Assembly (NCBI GenBank): GCA_964016885.1
Contig: CAXHJY010000096.1
Coordinates: 1,178,001-1,242,000, forward strand
Origin: Eledone cirrhosa
Taxonomy: Eukaryota
Direction: 5' to 3'
DNA: 64,000 nt
The translations under genes were made by a program, and so were the position numbers. This document shows, piece after piece, positions 26,001-41,000 of this stretch (the first letter of the stretch is position 1; every line of letters begins with the position of its first letter). Under the pieces are notes generated by a model. The model worked only from the letters and a program-made list of their open reading frames with translations. It searched no databases and had not been told where the DNA came from.

Positions 26001-29000
26001 ATCAGGGGGAGATAATTTGTAAACAAAATCAGGGGGAGATAATTTGTAAAAAAAAATCAGGGGGAGATAATTTGTAAAAAAAATCATGGAGAGATAATTT
26101 CCAGCCGTCCAAGGTGAGATAATTTCCAGCCGTCCAAGGAGACATATTTTCCAGCCGTCCAAGGCGAGGTAATTTCTAGCCGTCCAAGGGGAGATAAATT
26201 CCAGCCTCCAAGGGGAGATAATTTCCAGCCAGCCAAGTGGAGATAATTTGTAAAAAAATCAGGGGGAGATAATTTGTAAAAAATATCAGGGAGATAATTT
26301 GTAAAAAAAAATCAGGGGGAGATAATTTGTAAAAAAAATCAGGGGGAGATAATTTGTAAAAAAAAATCAGGGGGAGATAATTTGTAAAAAAAATCAAGGG
26401 GAGATAATTTCCAGCCGTCCAAGGGGAGATAATTTTCAGCCGTCCAAGGGGAGATAATTTCCCGCCAGCCATGGGAAGATAATATTTAAAAAAATCAGGC
26501 GGAGATAATTTGTAAAAAAAATCAGGGGGAGATAATTTGTAAAAAAATCAGGGGGAGATAATTTGTAAAAAAAAAATCAGGGGGAGACAATTTGTAAAAA
26601 AAATCAGGGGGAGATAATTTGTAAAAAAAAATCAGGGGTAGATAATTTGTAAAAAAAAATCAGGGGGAGATAATTTGTAAAAAAAAATCAGGGGGAGATA
26701 ATTTGTAAAAAAAATCAAGGGGAGATAATTTCCAGCCGTCCAAGGAGAGATAATTTAAAAAAAAATCAGGCGGAGATAATTTGTAAAAAAAATCATGGAG
26801 AGATAATTTCCAGCCGTCCAAGGGGAGATAATTTCCAGCCGTCCAAGGAGACATATTTTCCAGCCGTCCAAGGCGAGGTAATTTCTAGCCGTCCAAGGGG
26901 AGATAAATTCCAGCCTCCAAGGGGAGATAATTTCCAGCCAGCCAAGTGGAGATAATTTGTAAAAAAATCAGGGGGAGATAATTTGTAAAAAATATCAGGG
27001 AGATAATTTGTAAAAAAAAATCAGGGGGAGATAATTTGTAAAAAAAATCAGGGGGAGATAATTTGTAAAAAAAAATCAGGGGGAGATAATTTGTAAAAAA
27101 AATCAAGGGGAGATAATTTCCAGCCGTCCAAGGGGAGATAATTTTCAGCCGTCCAAGGGGAGATAATTTCCCGCCAGCCAAGGGAAGATAATATTTAAAA
27201 AAATCAGGCGGAGATAATTTGTAAAAAAAATCAGGGGGAGATAATTTGTAAAAAAATCAGGGGGAGATAATTTGTAAAAAAAAAATCAGGGGGAGATAAT
27301 TTGTAAAAAAAATCAGGGGGAGATAATTTGTAAAAAAAAATCAGGGGTAGATAATTTGTAAACAAAAATCAGGGGGAGATAATTTGTAAAAAAAAATCAG
27401 GGGGAGATAATTTGTAAAAAAAATGAAAGGGGAGATAATATCCAGCCGTCCAAGGGGAGATAATTTCCAGCCGTCCAAGGGGATATAATTTCCAGCCGTC
27501 CAAGGGGAGATAATTTCCATCCTTCCAAGGGGATATAATTTCCAGCCGTCCAAGGGGAGATAATTTCCCGCCAGCCAAGGGAAGATAATTTTTAAAAAAA
27601 TCAGGCGGAGATTGTAAAAAAAATCAGGGGGGAGATAATTTGTAAAAAAATCAGGGGGAGATAATTTGTAAAAAATAATCAGGGGGAGATAATTTGTAAA
27701 AAAATTCAAGGGGAGATAATTTCCAGCCGTCCAAGGGGAGATAATTTCCCGCCAGCCAAGGGAAGATAATATTTAAAAAAATCAGGCGGAGATTGTAAAA
27801 AAAATCAGGGGGGAGATAATTTGTAAAAAAATCAGGGGGAGATAATTTGTAAAAAAAATCAGGGGGAGATAATTTGTAAAAAAATCAGGGGGAGATAATT
27901 TGTAAAAAAAATCAGGGGGAGATAATTTGTAAAAAAAATCATGGGGAGATAATTTGTAAAAAGAAATCAGGGGTAGATAATTTGTAAAAAAAAATCAGGG
28001 GGAGATAATTTGTAAAAAAAAATCAGGGGGAGATAATTTGTAAAAAAAATCAAGGGGAGATAATATCCAGCCGTCCAAGGAGAGATAATTTTAAAAAAAA
28101 ATGAGGCGGAGATAATTTGTAAAAAAAAAAATCAGGGGGAGTTAATTTGTAAAAAAAAATGAGGGGGAGATAATTTGTAAAAAAAATCAAGGGGAGATAA
28201 TTTCCAGCCGTCCAAGGGGAGATAATTTTCAGCCGTCCAAGGAGAGGTAATTTCTAGCCGTCCAAGGGGAGATAATTTCCAGCCGTCCAAGGGGAGGTAA
28301 TTTCCAGCCGTCCAAGGGGAGATAATTTAAAAAAAAAAATCAGGCGGAGATAATTTGTAAAAAAAATCAAGGGGAGATAATTTGCAGCCGTCCAAGGGGA
28401 GATAATTTTCAGTCGTCCAAGGAGAGGTAATTTCTAGCCGTCCAAGGGGAGATAATTTCCAGCCGTCCAAGGGGAGATAATTTCCAGCCGTCCAAGGGGA
28501 GATAATTTTTTTTAAAAAATCAGGCGGAGATAATTTGTAAAAAAAATCAGGGGGAGATAATTTGTAAACAAAATCAGGGGGAGATAATTTGTAAAAAAAA
28601 ATCAGGGGGAGATAATTTGTAAAAAAAATTAGGCGTAGATAATTTGTAAAAAAAAATCAGGGGGAGATAATTTGTAAAAAAAAATCAGGGGGAGATAATT
28701 TGTTTAAAAAATCAAGGGGAGATAATTTGCAGCCGTCCAAGGGGAGATAATTTTCAGCCGTCCAAGGAGAGGTAATTTCTAGCCGTTCAAGGGGAGATAA
28801 TGTCCAGCCGTCCAAGGGGAGATAATTTCCAGCCGTCCAAGGGGAGATAATTTTTTTTTAAAAATCAGGCGGAGATAATTTGTAAAAAAAAATCAGGGGG
28901 AGATAATTCGTAAAAAAAAATCAGGGGGAGATAATTTGTAAAAAAAAATCAGGGGGAGATAATTTGTAAAAAAAATCAAGGGGAGATAATTTCCAGCCGT

Positions 29001-32000
29001 CCAAGGGGAGGTAATATCTAGCCGTCCAAGGGGAGATAATTTCCAGCCGTCCAAGGGGAGATAATTTCCAGCCGTCCAAGGGGAGATAATTTCCAGCCGT
29101 CCAAGGAGACATATTTTCCAGCCGTCCAAGGCGAGGTAATTTCTAGCCGTCCAAGGGGAGATAAATTCCAGCCTCCAAGGGGAGATAATTTCCAGCCAGC
29201 CAAGGGGAGATAATTTGTAAAAAAATCAGGGGGAGATAATTTGTAAAAAATATCAGGGAGATAATTTGTAAAAAAAAATCAGGGGGAGATAATTTGTAAA
29301 AAAAATCAGGGGGAGATAATTTGTAAAAAAAAATCAGGGGGAGATAATTTGTAAAAAAAATCAAGGGGAGATAATTTCCAGCCGTCCAAGGGGAGATAAT
29401 TTTCAGCCGTCCAAAGAGAGGTAATTTCTAACCGTCCGAGGAGAGATAATTTCCAGCCGTCCAAGGGGAGATAATTTCCAGCCGTCCAAGGGGAGATAAT
29501 TTCCAGCCGTCCAAGGAGACATATTTTCCAGCCGTCCAAGGAGAGGTAATTTCTAGCCGTCCAAGGGGAGATAAATTCCAGCCTCCAAGGGGAGATAATT
29601 TCCAGCCAGCCAAATGGAGATAATTTGTAAAAAAATCAGGGGGAGATAATTTGCAAAAAAAATCAGGGGGAGATAATTTGTAAAAAATAATCAGGGGGAG
29701 ATAATTTCCAGCCGTCCAAGGGGAGATAATTTTAAAAAAAATCAGGCGGAGATAATTTGTAAAAAAAAATCAGGGGGAGATAATTTGTAAAAAAAAATCA
29801 GGGGGAGATAATTTGTAAAAAAAATCAAGGGGAGATAATTTCCAGCCGTCCAAGGGAAGATAATTTCCAGCCCTCCAAGGGGCTATAATTTCCAGTGTCC
29901 AAGGGGAGATAATTTCCAGCCAGCGAAGGGGAGATAATTTTTTTTAAAAAATCATTGGGAGATTTGTAAAAAAAATCAGGGGGAGATAATTTGTAAAAAA
30001 AATCAAGGGGAGATAATTTCCAGCCCTCCAAGGGGCTATAATTTCCAGCCTCCAAGGGGAGATAATTTCCAGCCAGCCAAGGGGAGATAATTTGTAAAAA
30101 AATCAGGGGGAGATAATTTGTAAAAAAAATCAGGGGGAGATAATTTGTAAAAAAAAATCAGGGGGAGATAATTTGTAAAAAAAAATCAGGGGGAGATAAT
30201 TTGCAAAAAAAATCAGGGGGAGATAATTTGTAAAAAAAAATCAGGGGTAGATAATTTGTAAAAAAAAATCAGGGGGAGATAATTTGTAAAAAAAAAATCA
30301 GGGGGAGATAATTTGTAAAAAAAATCAAGGGGAGATAATTTCCAGCCGTCCAAGGAGAGATAATTTTAAAAAAAATCAGGCGGAGATAATTTGTAAAAAA
30401 AAATCAGGGGGAGATAATTTGTAAAAAAAATCAGGGGGAGATAATTTGTAAAAAAAAATCAGGGGTAGATAATTTGTAAAAAAAAATCAGGGGGAGATAA
30501 TTTGTAAAAAAAAATCAGGGGGAGATAATTTGTAAAAAAAATCAAGGGGAGATAATTTCCAGCCGTCCAAGGAGAGATAATTTTAAAAAAAATCAGGCGG
30601 AGATAATTTGTAAAAAAAAATTAGGGTGAGATAATTTGTAAAAAAAAATCAGGGGGAGATAATTTGTAAAAAAAATCAAGGGGAGATAATTTCCAGCCGT
30701 CCAAGGGGAGATAATTTTCAGCCGTCCAAGGGGAGATAATTTCCCGCCAGCCAAGGGAAGATAATATTCAAAAAAATCAGGCGGAGATAATTTGTAAAAA
30801 AAATCAGGGGGAGATAATTTGTAAAAAAATCAGGGGGAGATAATTTGTAAAAAAAAAAATCAGGGGGAGATAATTTTTAAAAAAAATCAGGGGGAGATAA
30901 TTTGTAAAAAAAAATCAGGGGTAGATAATTTGTAAAAAAAAATCAGGGGGAGATAATTTGTAAAAAAAAATCAGGGGGAGATAATTTGTAAAAAAAATGA
31001 AAGGGGAGATAATATCCAGCCGTCCAAGGGGAGATAATTTCCAGCCGTCCAAGGGGAGATAATTTCCAGCCGTCCAAGGGGAGATAATTTCCATCCTTCC
31101 AAGGGGATATAATTTCCAGCCGTCCAAGGGGAGATAATTTCCATCCTTCCAAGGGGATATAATTTCCAGCCGTCCAAGGGGAGATAATTTTCAGCCGTCC
31201 AAGGAGAGGTAATTTCTAGCCGTCCAAGGAGAGATAATTTCCAGCCGTCCAAGGGGAGATAATTTCCAGCCGTCCAAGGGGAGATAATTTCCAGCCGTCC
31301 AAGGAGACATATTTTCCAGCCGTCCAAGGAGAGGTAATTCCTAGCCGTCCAAGGGGAGATAAATTCCAGCCTCCAAGGGGAGATAATTTCCAGCCAGCCA
31401 AGGGGAGATAATTTGTAAAAAAAATCAGGGGGAGATAATTTGTAAAAAAAATCAGGGGGAGATAATTTGTAAAAAAAAATCAGGGGGAGATAATTTGTAA
31501 AAAATAATCAGGGGGAGATAATTTGTAAAAAAAATCAAGGGGAGATAATTTCCAGCCGTCCAAGGGGAGATAATTTTCAGCCGTCCAAGGGGAGATAATT
31601 TCCCGCCAGCCAAGGGAAGATAATATTTAAAAAAATTAGGCGGAGATAATTTGTAAAAAAAATCAGGGGGAGATAATTTGTAAAAAAATCAGGGGGAGAT
31701 AATTTGTAAAAAAAATCAGGGGGAGATAATTTGTAAAAAAAATCAGGGGGAGATAATTTGTAAAAAAAAATCAGGGGGAGATAATTTGTAAAAAAAATCA
31801 AGGGGAGATAATTTCCAGCCGTCCAAGGGAAGATAATTTCCAGCCCTCCAAGGGGCTATAATTTCCAGCGTCCAAGGGGAGATAATTTCCAGCCAGCGAA
31901 GGGGAGATAATTTTTTTTAAAAAATCATTGGGAGATTTGTAAAAAAAATCAGGGGGAGATAATTTGTAAAAAAAATCAAGGGGAGATAATTTCCAGCCGT

Positions 32001-35000
32001 CCAAGGGGAGGTAATATCTAGCCGTCCAAGGGGAGATAATTTCCAGCCGTCCAAGGGGAGATAATTTCCAGCCGTCCAAGGGTAGATAATATCCAGCCGT
32101 CCAAGGACATATTTTCCAGCCGTCCAAGGAGAGGTAATTTCTAGCCGTCCAAGGGGAGATAAATTCCAGCCTCCAAGGTGAGATAATTTCCAGCCAGCCA
32201 AGGGGAGATAATTTGTAAAAAAATCAGGGATAGATAATTTGTAAAAAAAATCAGGGGGAGATAATTTGTAAAAAAAAATCAGGGGGAGATAATTTGTAAA
32301 AAAAATCAGGGGGAGATAATTTGTAAAAAAAAATCAGGGGGAGATAATTTGTAAAAAAAATCAAGGGGAGATAATTTCCAGCCGTCCAAGGGGAGATAAT
32401 TTCCCGCCAGCCAAGGGAAGATAATATTTAAAAAAATCAGGCGGAGATAATTTGTAAAAAAAATCAGGGGGAGATAATTTGTAAAAAAATCAGGGGGAGA
32501 TAATTTGTAAAAAAAAAATCAGGGGGAGATAATTTGTAAAAAAAATCAGGGGGAGATAATTTGTAAAAAAAAATCAGGGGTAGATAAATTGTAAAAAAAA
32601 ATCAGGGGGAGATAATTTGTAAAAAAAATCAGGGGGAGATAATTTGTAAAAAAAATGAAAGGGGAGATAATATCCAGCCGTCCAAGGGGAGATAATTTCC
32701 AGCCGTCCAAGGGGAGATAATTTCCAGCCGTCCAAGGGGAGATAATTTCCATCCTTCCAAGGGGATATAATTTCCAGCCGTCCAAGGGGAGATAATTTCC
32801 CGCCAGCCAAGGGAAGATAATTTTTAAAAAAATCAGGCGGAGATTGTAAAAAAAATCAGGGGGGAGATAATTTGTAAAAAAATCAGGGGGAGATAATTTG
32901 TAAAAAATAATCAGGGGGAGATAATTTGTAAAAAAAAATCAAGGGGAGATAATTTCCAGCCGTCCAAGGGGAGATAATTTCCCGCCAGCCAAGGGAAGAT
33001 AATATTTAAAAAAATTAGGCGGAGATAATTTGTAAAAAAAATCAGGGGGAGATAATTTGTAAAAAAATCAGGGGGAGATAATTTGTAAAAAAAATCAGGG
33101 GGAGATAATTTGTAAAAAAAATCATGGGGAGATAATTTGTAAAAAAAAATCAGGGGTAGATAATTTGTAAAAAAAAATCAGGGGGAGATAATTTGTAAAA
33201 AAAAATCAGGGGGAGATAATTTGTAAAAAAAATCAAGGGGAGATAATTTCCAGCCGTCCAAGGGGAGATAATTTTCAGCTGTCCAAGGAGAGGTAATTTC
33301 TAGCCGTCCAAGGGGAGATAATTTCCAGCCGTCCAAGGGGAGGTAATTTCCAGCCGTCCAAGGGGAGATAATTTTAAAAAAAAAATCAGGCGGAGATAAT
33401 TTGTAAAAAAAATCAAGGGGAGATAATTTGCAGCCGTCCAAGGGGAGATAATTTTCAGTCGTCCAAGGAGAGGTAATTTCTAGCCGTCCAAGGGGAGATA
33501 ATTGCCAGCCGTCCAAGGGGAGATAATTTCCAGCCGTCCAAGGGGAGATAATTTTTTTTAAAAAATCAGGCGGAGATAATTTGTAAAAAAAATCAGGGGG
33601 AGATAATTTGTAAAAAAAATCAGGGTGAGATAATTTGTAAAAAAAAATCAGGGGTAGATAATTTGTAAAAAAAAATCAGGGGGAGATAATTTGTAAAAAA
33701 AATCAAGGGGAGATAATTTCCAGCCGTCCAAGGGAAGATAATTTCCAGCCCTCCAAGGGGCTATAATTTCCAGCGTCCAAGGGGAGATAATTTCCAGCCA
33801 GCGAAGGGGAGATAATTTTTAAAAAAAAATCATTGGGAGATTTGTAAAAAAAATCAGGGGGAGATAATTTGTAAAAAAAATCAAGGGGAGATAATTTCCA
33901 GCCGTCCAAGGGGAGGTAATATCTAGCCGTCCAAGGGTAGATAATTTCCAGCCGTCCAACGGGAGATAATTTCCAGCCGTCCAAGGGTAGATAATATCCA
34001 GCCGCCCAAGGACATATTTTCCAGCCGTCCAAGGAGAGGTAATTTCTAGCCGTCCAAGGGGAGATAATTTCCAGCCGTCCAAGGGTAGATAATATCCAGC
34101 CGTCCAAGGACATATTTTCCAGCCGTCCAAGGAGAGGTAATTTCTAGCCGTCCAAGGGGAGATAAATTCCAGCCTCCAAGGGGAGATAATTTCCAGCCAG
34201 CCAAGGGGGAGATAATTTGTAAAAAAATCAGGGGGAGATAATTTGTAAAAAAAATCAGGGGGAGATAATTTGTAAAAAAAAATCAGGGGGAGATAATTTG
34301 TAAAAAAAAATCAGGGGGAGATAATTTGCAAAAAAAATCAGGGGGAGATAATTTGTAAAAAAAAATCAGGGGTAGATAATTTGTAAAAAAAAATCAGGGG
34401 GAGATAATTTGTAAAAAAAAATCAGGGGGAGATAATTTGTAAAAAAAATCAAGGGGAGATAATTTCCAGCCGTCCAAGGAGAGATAATTTAAAAAAAAAT
34501 CAGGCGGAGATAATTTGTAAAAAAAAATCAGGGGGAGATAATTTGTAAAAAAAAATCAGGGGGAGATAATTTGTAAAAAAAAATCAGGGGGAGATAATTT
34601 GTAAAAAAAATCAGGAGGAGATAATTTGTAAAAAAAATCAAGGGGAGATAATTTCCAGCCGTCCAAGGAGAGATAATTTAAAAAAAAATCAGGCGGAGAT
34701 AATTTGTAAAAAAAAATCAGGGGGAGATAATTTGTAAAAAAAATCAGGGGGAGATAATTTGTAAAAAAAATCAAGGGGAGATAATTTCCAGCCGTCCAAG
34801 GGGAGATAATTTTCAGCCGTCCAAGGGGAGATAATTTCCCGCCAGCCAAGGGAAGATAATATTCAAAAAAATCAGGCGGAGATAATTTGTAAAAAAAATC
34901 AGGGGGAGATAATTTGTAAAAAAATCAGGGGGAGATAATTTGTAAAAAAAAAAATCAGGGGGAGATAATTTTTAAAAAAAATCAGGGGGAGATAATTTGT

Positions 35001-38000
35001 AAAAAAAAATCAGGGGTAGATAATTTGTAAAAAAAAATCAGGGGGAGATAATTTGTAAAAAAAAATCAGGGGGAGATAACTTGTAAAAAAAATGAAAGGG
35101 GAGATAATATCCAGCCGTCCAAGGGGAGATAATTTCCAGCCGTCCAAGGGGAGATAATTTCCAGCCGTCCAAGGGGAGATAATTTCCATCCTTCCAAGGG
35201 GATATAATTTCCAGCCGTCCAAGGGGAGATAATTTCCATCCTTCCAAGGGGATATAATTTCCAGCCGTCCAAGGGGAGATAATTTTCAGCCGTCCAAGGA
35301 GAGGTAATTTCTAGCCGTCCAAGGAGAGATAATTTCCAGCCGTCCAAGGGGAGATAATTTCCAGCCGTCCAAGGGGAGATAATTTCCAGCCGTCCAAGGA
35401 GACATATTTTCCAGCCGTCCAAGGAGAGGTAATTCCTAGCCGTCCAAGGGGAGATAAATTCCAGCCTCCAAGGGGAGATAATTTCCAGCCAGCCAAGGGG
35501 AGATAATTTGTAAAAAAAATCAGGGGGAGATAATTTGTAAAAAAAATCAGGGGGAGATAATTTGTAAAAAAAAATCAGGGGGAGATAATTTGTAAAAAAT
35601 AATCAGGGGGAGATAATTTGTAAAAAAAATCAAGGGGAGATAATTTCCAGCCGTCCAAGGGGAGATAATTTTCAGCCGTCCAAGGGGAGATAATTTCCCG
35701 CCAGCCAAGGGAAGATAATATTTAAAAAAATTAGGCGGAGATAATTTGTAAAAAAAATCAGGGGGAGATAATTTGTAAAAAAATCAGGGGGAGATAATTT
35801 GTAAAAAAAATCAGGGGGAGATAATTTGTAAAAAAAATCAGGGGGAGATAATTTGTAAAAAAAAATCAGGGGGAGATAATTTGTAAAAAAATCAAGGGGA
35901 GATAATTTCCAGCCGTCCAAGGGAAGATAATTTCCAGCCCTCCAAGGGGCTATAATTTCCAGCGTCCAAGGGGAGATAATTTCCAGCCAGCGAAGGGGAG
36001 ATAATTTTTTTTAAAAAATCATTGGGAGATTTGTAAAAAAAATCAGGGGGAGATAATTTGTAAAAAAAATCAAGGGGAGATAATTTCCAGCCGTCCAAGG
36101 GGAGGTAATATCTAGCCGTCCAAGGGGAGATAATTTCCAGCCGTCCAAGGGGAGATAATTTCCAGCCGTCCAAGGGTAGATAATATCCAGCCGTCCAAGG
36201 ACATATTTTCCAGCCGTCCAAGGAGAGGTAATTTCTAGCCGTCCAAGGGGAGATAAATTCCAGCCTCCAAGGTGAGATAATTTCCAGCCAGCCAAGGGGA
36301 GATAATTTGTAAAAAAATCAGGGGGAGATAATTTGTAAAAAAAATCAGGGGGAGATAATTTGTAAAAAAAAATCAGGGGGAGATAATTTGTAAAAAAAAT
36401 CAGGGGGAGATAATTTGTAAAAAAAAATCAGGGGGAGATAATTTGTAAAAAAAATCAAGGGGAGATAATTTGTAAAAAAAAATCAGGGGGAGATAATTTG
36501 TAAAAAAAATCAGGGGGAGATAATTTGTAAAAAAAATCAGGGGGAGATAATTTGTAAAAAAAAATCAGGGGTAGATAAATTGTAAAAAAAAATCAGGGGG
36601 AGATAATTTGTAAAAAAAATCAGGGGGAGATAATTTGTAAAAAAAATGAAAGGGGAGATAATATCCAGCCGTCCAAGGGGAGATAATTTCCAGCCTTCCA
36701 AGGGGAGATAATTTCCAGCCGTCCAAGGGGAGATAATTTCCATCCTTCCAAGGGGATATAATTTCCAGCCGTCCAAGGGGAGATAATTTCCCGCCAGCCA
36801 AGGGAAGATAATTTTTAAAAAAATCAGGCGGAGATTGTAAAAAAAATCAGGGGGGAGATAATTTGTAAAAAAATCAGGGGGAGATAATTTGTAAAAAAAA
36901 ATCAGGGGGAGATAATTTGTAAAAAATAATCAGGGGGAGATAATTTGTAAAAAAAAATCAAGGGGAGATAATTTCCAGCCGTCCAAGGGGAGATAATTTC
37001 CCGCCAGCCAAGGGAAGATAATATTTAAAAAAATTAGGCGGAGATAATTTGTAAAAAAAATCAGGGGGAGATAATTTGTAAAAAAATCAGGGGGAGATAA
37101 TTTGTAAAAAAAATCAGGGGGAGATAATTTGTAAAAAAAATCATGGGGAGATAATTTGTAAAAAAAAATCAGGGGTAGATAATTTGTAAAAAAAAATCAG
37201 GGGGAGATAATTTGTAAAAAAAAATCAGGGGGAGATAATTTGTAAAAAAAATCAAGGGGAGATAATTTCCAGCCGTCCAAGGGGAGATAATTTTCAGCTG
37301 TCCAAGGAGAGGTAATTTCTAGCCGTCCAAGGGGAGATAATTTCCAGCCGTCCAAGGGGAGGTAATTTCCAGCCGTCCAAGGGGAGATAATTTTAAAAAA
37401 AAAATCAGGCGGAGATAATTTGTAAAAAAAATCAAGGGGAGATAATTTGCAGCCGTCCAAGGGGAGATAATTTTCAGTCGTCCAAGGAGAGGTAATTTCT
37501 AGCCGTCCAAGGGGAGATAATTGCCAGCCGTTCAAGGGGAGATAATTTCCAGCCGTCCAAGGGGAGATAATTTTTTTTAAAAAATCAGGCGGAGATAATT
37601 TGTAAAAAAAATCAGGGGGAGATAATTTGTAAACAAAATCAGGGGGAGATAATTTGTAAAAAAAAATCAGGGGGAGATAATTTGTAAAAAAAATCATGGA
37701 GAGATAATTTCCAGCCGTCCAAGGTGAGATAATTTCCAGCCGTCCAAGGGGAGATAAATTCCAGCCTCCAAGGGGAGATAATTTCCAGCCAGCCAAGTGG
37801 AGATAATTTGTAAAAAAATCAGGGGGAGATAATTTGTAAAAAATATCGGAGATAATTTGTAAAAAAAAATCAGGGGGAGATAATTTGTAAAAAAAATCAG
37901 GGGGAGATAATTTGTAAAAAAAATCAGGGGGAGATAATTTGTAAAAAAAATCAAGGGGAGATAATTTCCAGCCGTCCAAGGGGAGATAATTTTCAGCCGT

Positions 38001-41000
38001 CCAAGGGGAGATAATTTCCCGCCAGCCATGGGAAGATAATATTTAAAAAAATCAGGCGGAGATAATTTGTAAAAAAAATCAGGGGGAGATAATTTGTAAA
38101 AAAATCAGGGGGAGATAATTTGTAAAAAAAAAATCAGGGGGAGATAATTTGTAAAAAAAATCAGGGGGAGATAATTTGTAAAAAAAAATCAGGGGTAGAT
38201 AATTTGTAAAAAAAAATCAGGGGGAGATAATTTGTAAAAAAAAATCAGGGGGAGATAATTTGTAAAAAAATGAAAGGGGAGATAATATCCAGCCGTCCAA
38301 GGGGAGATAATTTCCAGCCGTCCAAGGGGATATAATTTCCAGCCGTCCAAGGGGAGATAATTTCCATCCTTCCAAGGGGATATAATTTCCAGCCGTCCAA
38401 GGGGAGATAATTTCCCGCCAGCCAAGGGAAGATAATTTTTAAAAAAATCAGGCGGAGATTGTAAAAAAAATCAGGGGGGAGATAATTTGTAAAAAAATCA
38501 GGAGGAGATAATTTGTAAAAAATAATCAGGGGGAGATAATTTGTAAAAAAATTCAAGGGGAGATAATTTCCAGCCGTCCAAGGGGAGATAATTTCCCGCC
38601 AGCCAAGGGAAGATAATATTTAAAAAAATTAGGCGGAGATAATTTGTAAAAAAAATCAGGGGGAGATAATTTGTAAAAAAATCAGGGGGAGATAATTTGT
38701 AAAAAAAATCAGGGGTAGATAATTTGTAAAAAAAATCATGGGGAGATAATTTGTAAAAAAAAATCAGGGGTAGATAATTTGTAAAAAAAAATCAGGGGGA
38801 GATAATTTGTAAAAAAAAATCAGGGGGAGATAATTTGTAAAAAAAATCAAGGGGAGATAATATCCAGCCGTCCAAGGAGAGATAATTTTAAAAAAAAATG
38901 AGGCGGAGATAATTTGTAAAAAAAAAATCAGGGGGAGTTAATTTGTAAAAAAAAATGAGGGGGAGATAATTTGTAAAAAAAATCAAGGGGAGATAATTTC
39001 CAGCCGTCCAAGGGGAGATAATTTTCAGCCGTCCAAGGAGAGGTAATTTCTAGCCGTCCAAGGGGAGATAATTTCCAGCCGTCCAAGGGGAGGTAATTTC
39101 CAGCCGTCCAAGGGGAGATAAATTAAAAAAAAAATCAGGCGGAGATAATTTGTAAAAAAAATCAAGGGGAGATAATTTGCAGCCGTCCAATGGGAGATAA
39201 TTTTCAGTCGTCCAAGGAGAGGTAATTTCTAGCCGTCCAAGGGGAGATAATTTCCAGCCGTCCAAGGGGAGATAATTTCCAGCCGTCCAAGGGGAGATAA
39301 TTTTTTTTTAAAAATCAGGCGGAGATAATTTGTAAAAAAAATCAGGGGGAGATAATTTGTAAACAAAATCAGGGGGAGATAATTTGTAAAAAAAAATCAA
39401 GGGGAGATAATTTGTAAAAAAAATTAGGCGTAGATAATTTGTAAAAAAAAATCAGGGGGAGATAATTTGTAAAAAAAAATCAGGGGGAGATAATTTGTTT
39501 AAAAAATCAAGGGGAGATAATTTGCAGCCGTCCAAGGGGAGATAATTTTCAGCCGTCCAAGGAGAGGTAATTTCTAGCCGTTCAAGGGGAGATAATTTCC
39601 AGCCGTCCAAGGGGAGATAATTTCCAGCCGTCCAAGGGGAGATAATTTTTTTTAAAAAATCAGGCGGAGATAATTTGTAAAAAAAAATCAGGGGGAGATA
39701 ATTCGTAAAAAAAAATCAGGGGGAGATAATTTGTAAAAAAAAATCAGGGGGAGATAATTTGTAAAAAAAATCAAGGGGAGATAATTTCCAGCCGTCCAAG
39801 GGGAGGTAATATCTAGCCGTCCAAGGGGAGATAATTTCCAGCCGTCCAAGGGGAGATAATTTCCAGCCGTCCAAGGGGAGATAATTTCCAGCCGTCCAAG
39901 GAGACATATTTTCCAGCCGTCCAAGGCGAGGTAATTTCTAGCCGTCCAAGGGGAGATAAATTCCAGCCTCCAAGGGGAGATAATTTCCAGCCAGCCAAGG
40001 GGAGATAATTTGTAAAAAAATCAGGGGGAGATAATTTGTAAAAAATATCAGGGAGATAATTTGTAAAAAAAAATCAGGGGGAGATAATTTGTAAAAAAAA
40101 TCAGGGGGAGATAATTTGTAAAAAAAAATCAGGGGGAGATAATTTGTAAAAAAAATCAAGGGGAGATAATTTCCAGCCGTCCAAGGGGAGATAATTTTCA
40201 GCCGTCCAAGGAGAGGTAATTTCTAGCCGTCCGAGGAGAGATAATTTCCAGCCGTCCAAGGGGAGATAATTTCCAGCCGTCCAAGGGGAGATAATTTCCA
40301 GCCGTCCAAGGAGACATATTTTCCAGCCGTCCAAGGAGAGGTAATTTCTAGCCGTCCAAGGGGAGATAAATTCCAGCCTCCAAGGGGAGATAATTTCCAG
40401 CCAGCCAAGGGGAGATAATTTGTAAAAAAATCAGGGGGAGATAATTTGCAAAAAAAATCAGGGGGAGATAATTTGTAAAAAAATCAGGGGGAGATAATTT
40501 GTAAAAAATAATCAGGGGGAGATAATTTCCAGCCGTCGAAGGGGAGATAATTTTTAAAAAAATCAGGCGGAGATAATTTGTAAAAAAAAATCAGGGGGAG
40601 ATAATTTGTAAAAAAAAATCAGGGGGAGATAATTTGTAAAATAAATCAAGGGGAGATAATTTCCAGCCGTCCAAGGGGAGATAATTTTCAGCCGTCCAAG
40701 GGGAGATAATTTCCCGCCAGCCAAGGGAAGATAATATTTAAAAAAATCAGGCGGAGATAATTTGTAAAAAAAATCAGGGGGAGATAATTTGTAAAAAAAT
40801 CAGGGGGAGATAATTTGTAAAAAAAAATCAGGGGGCGATAATTTGTAAAAAAAATCAGGGGGAGATAATTTGTAAAAAAAAATCAGGGGGAGATAATTTG
40901 TAAAAAAAAATCAGGGGGCGATAATTTGTAAAAAAAATCAGGGGGAGATAATTTTTTTTTCAAAATCATTGGGAGATTTGTAAAAAAAATCAGGGGGAGA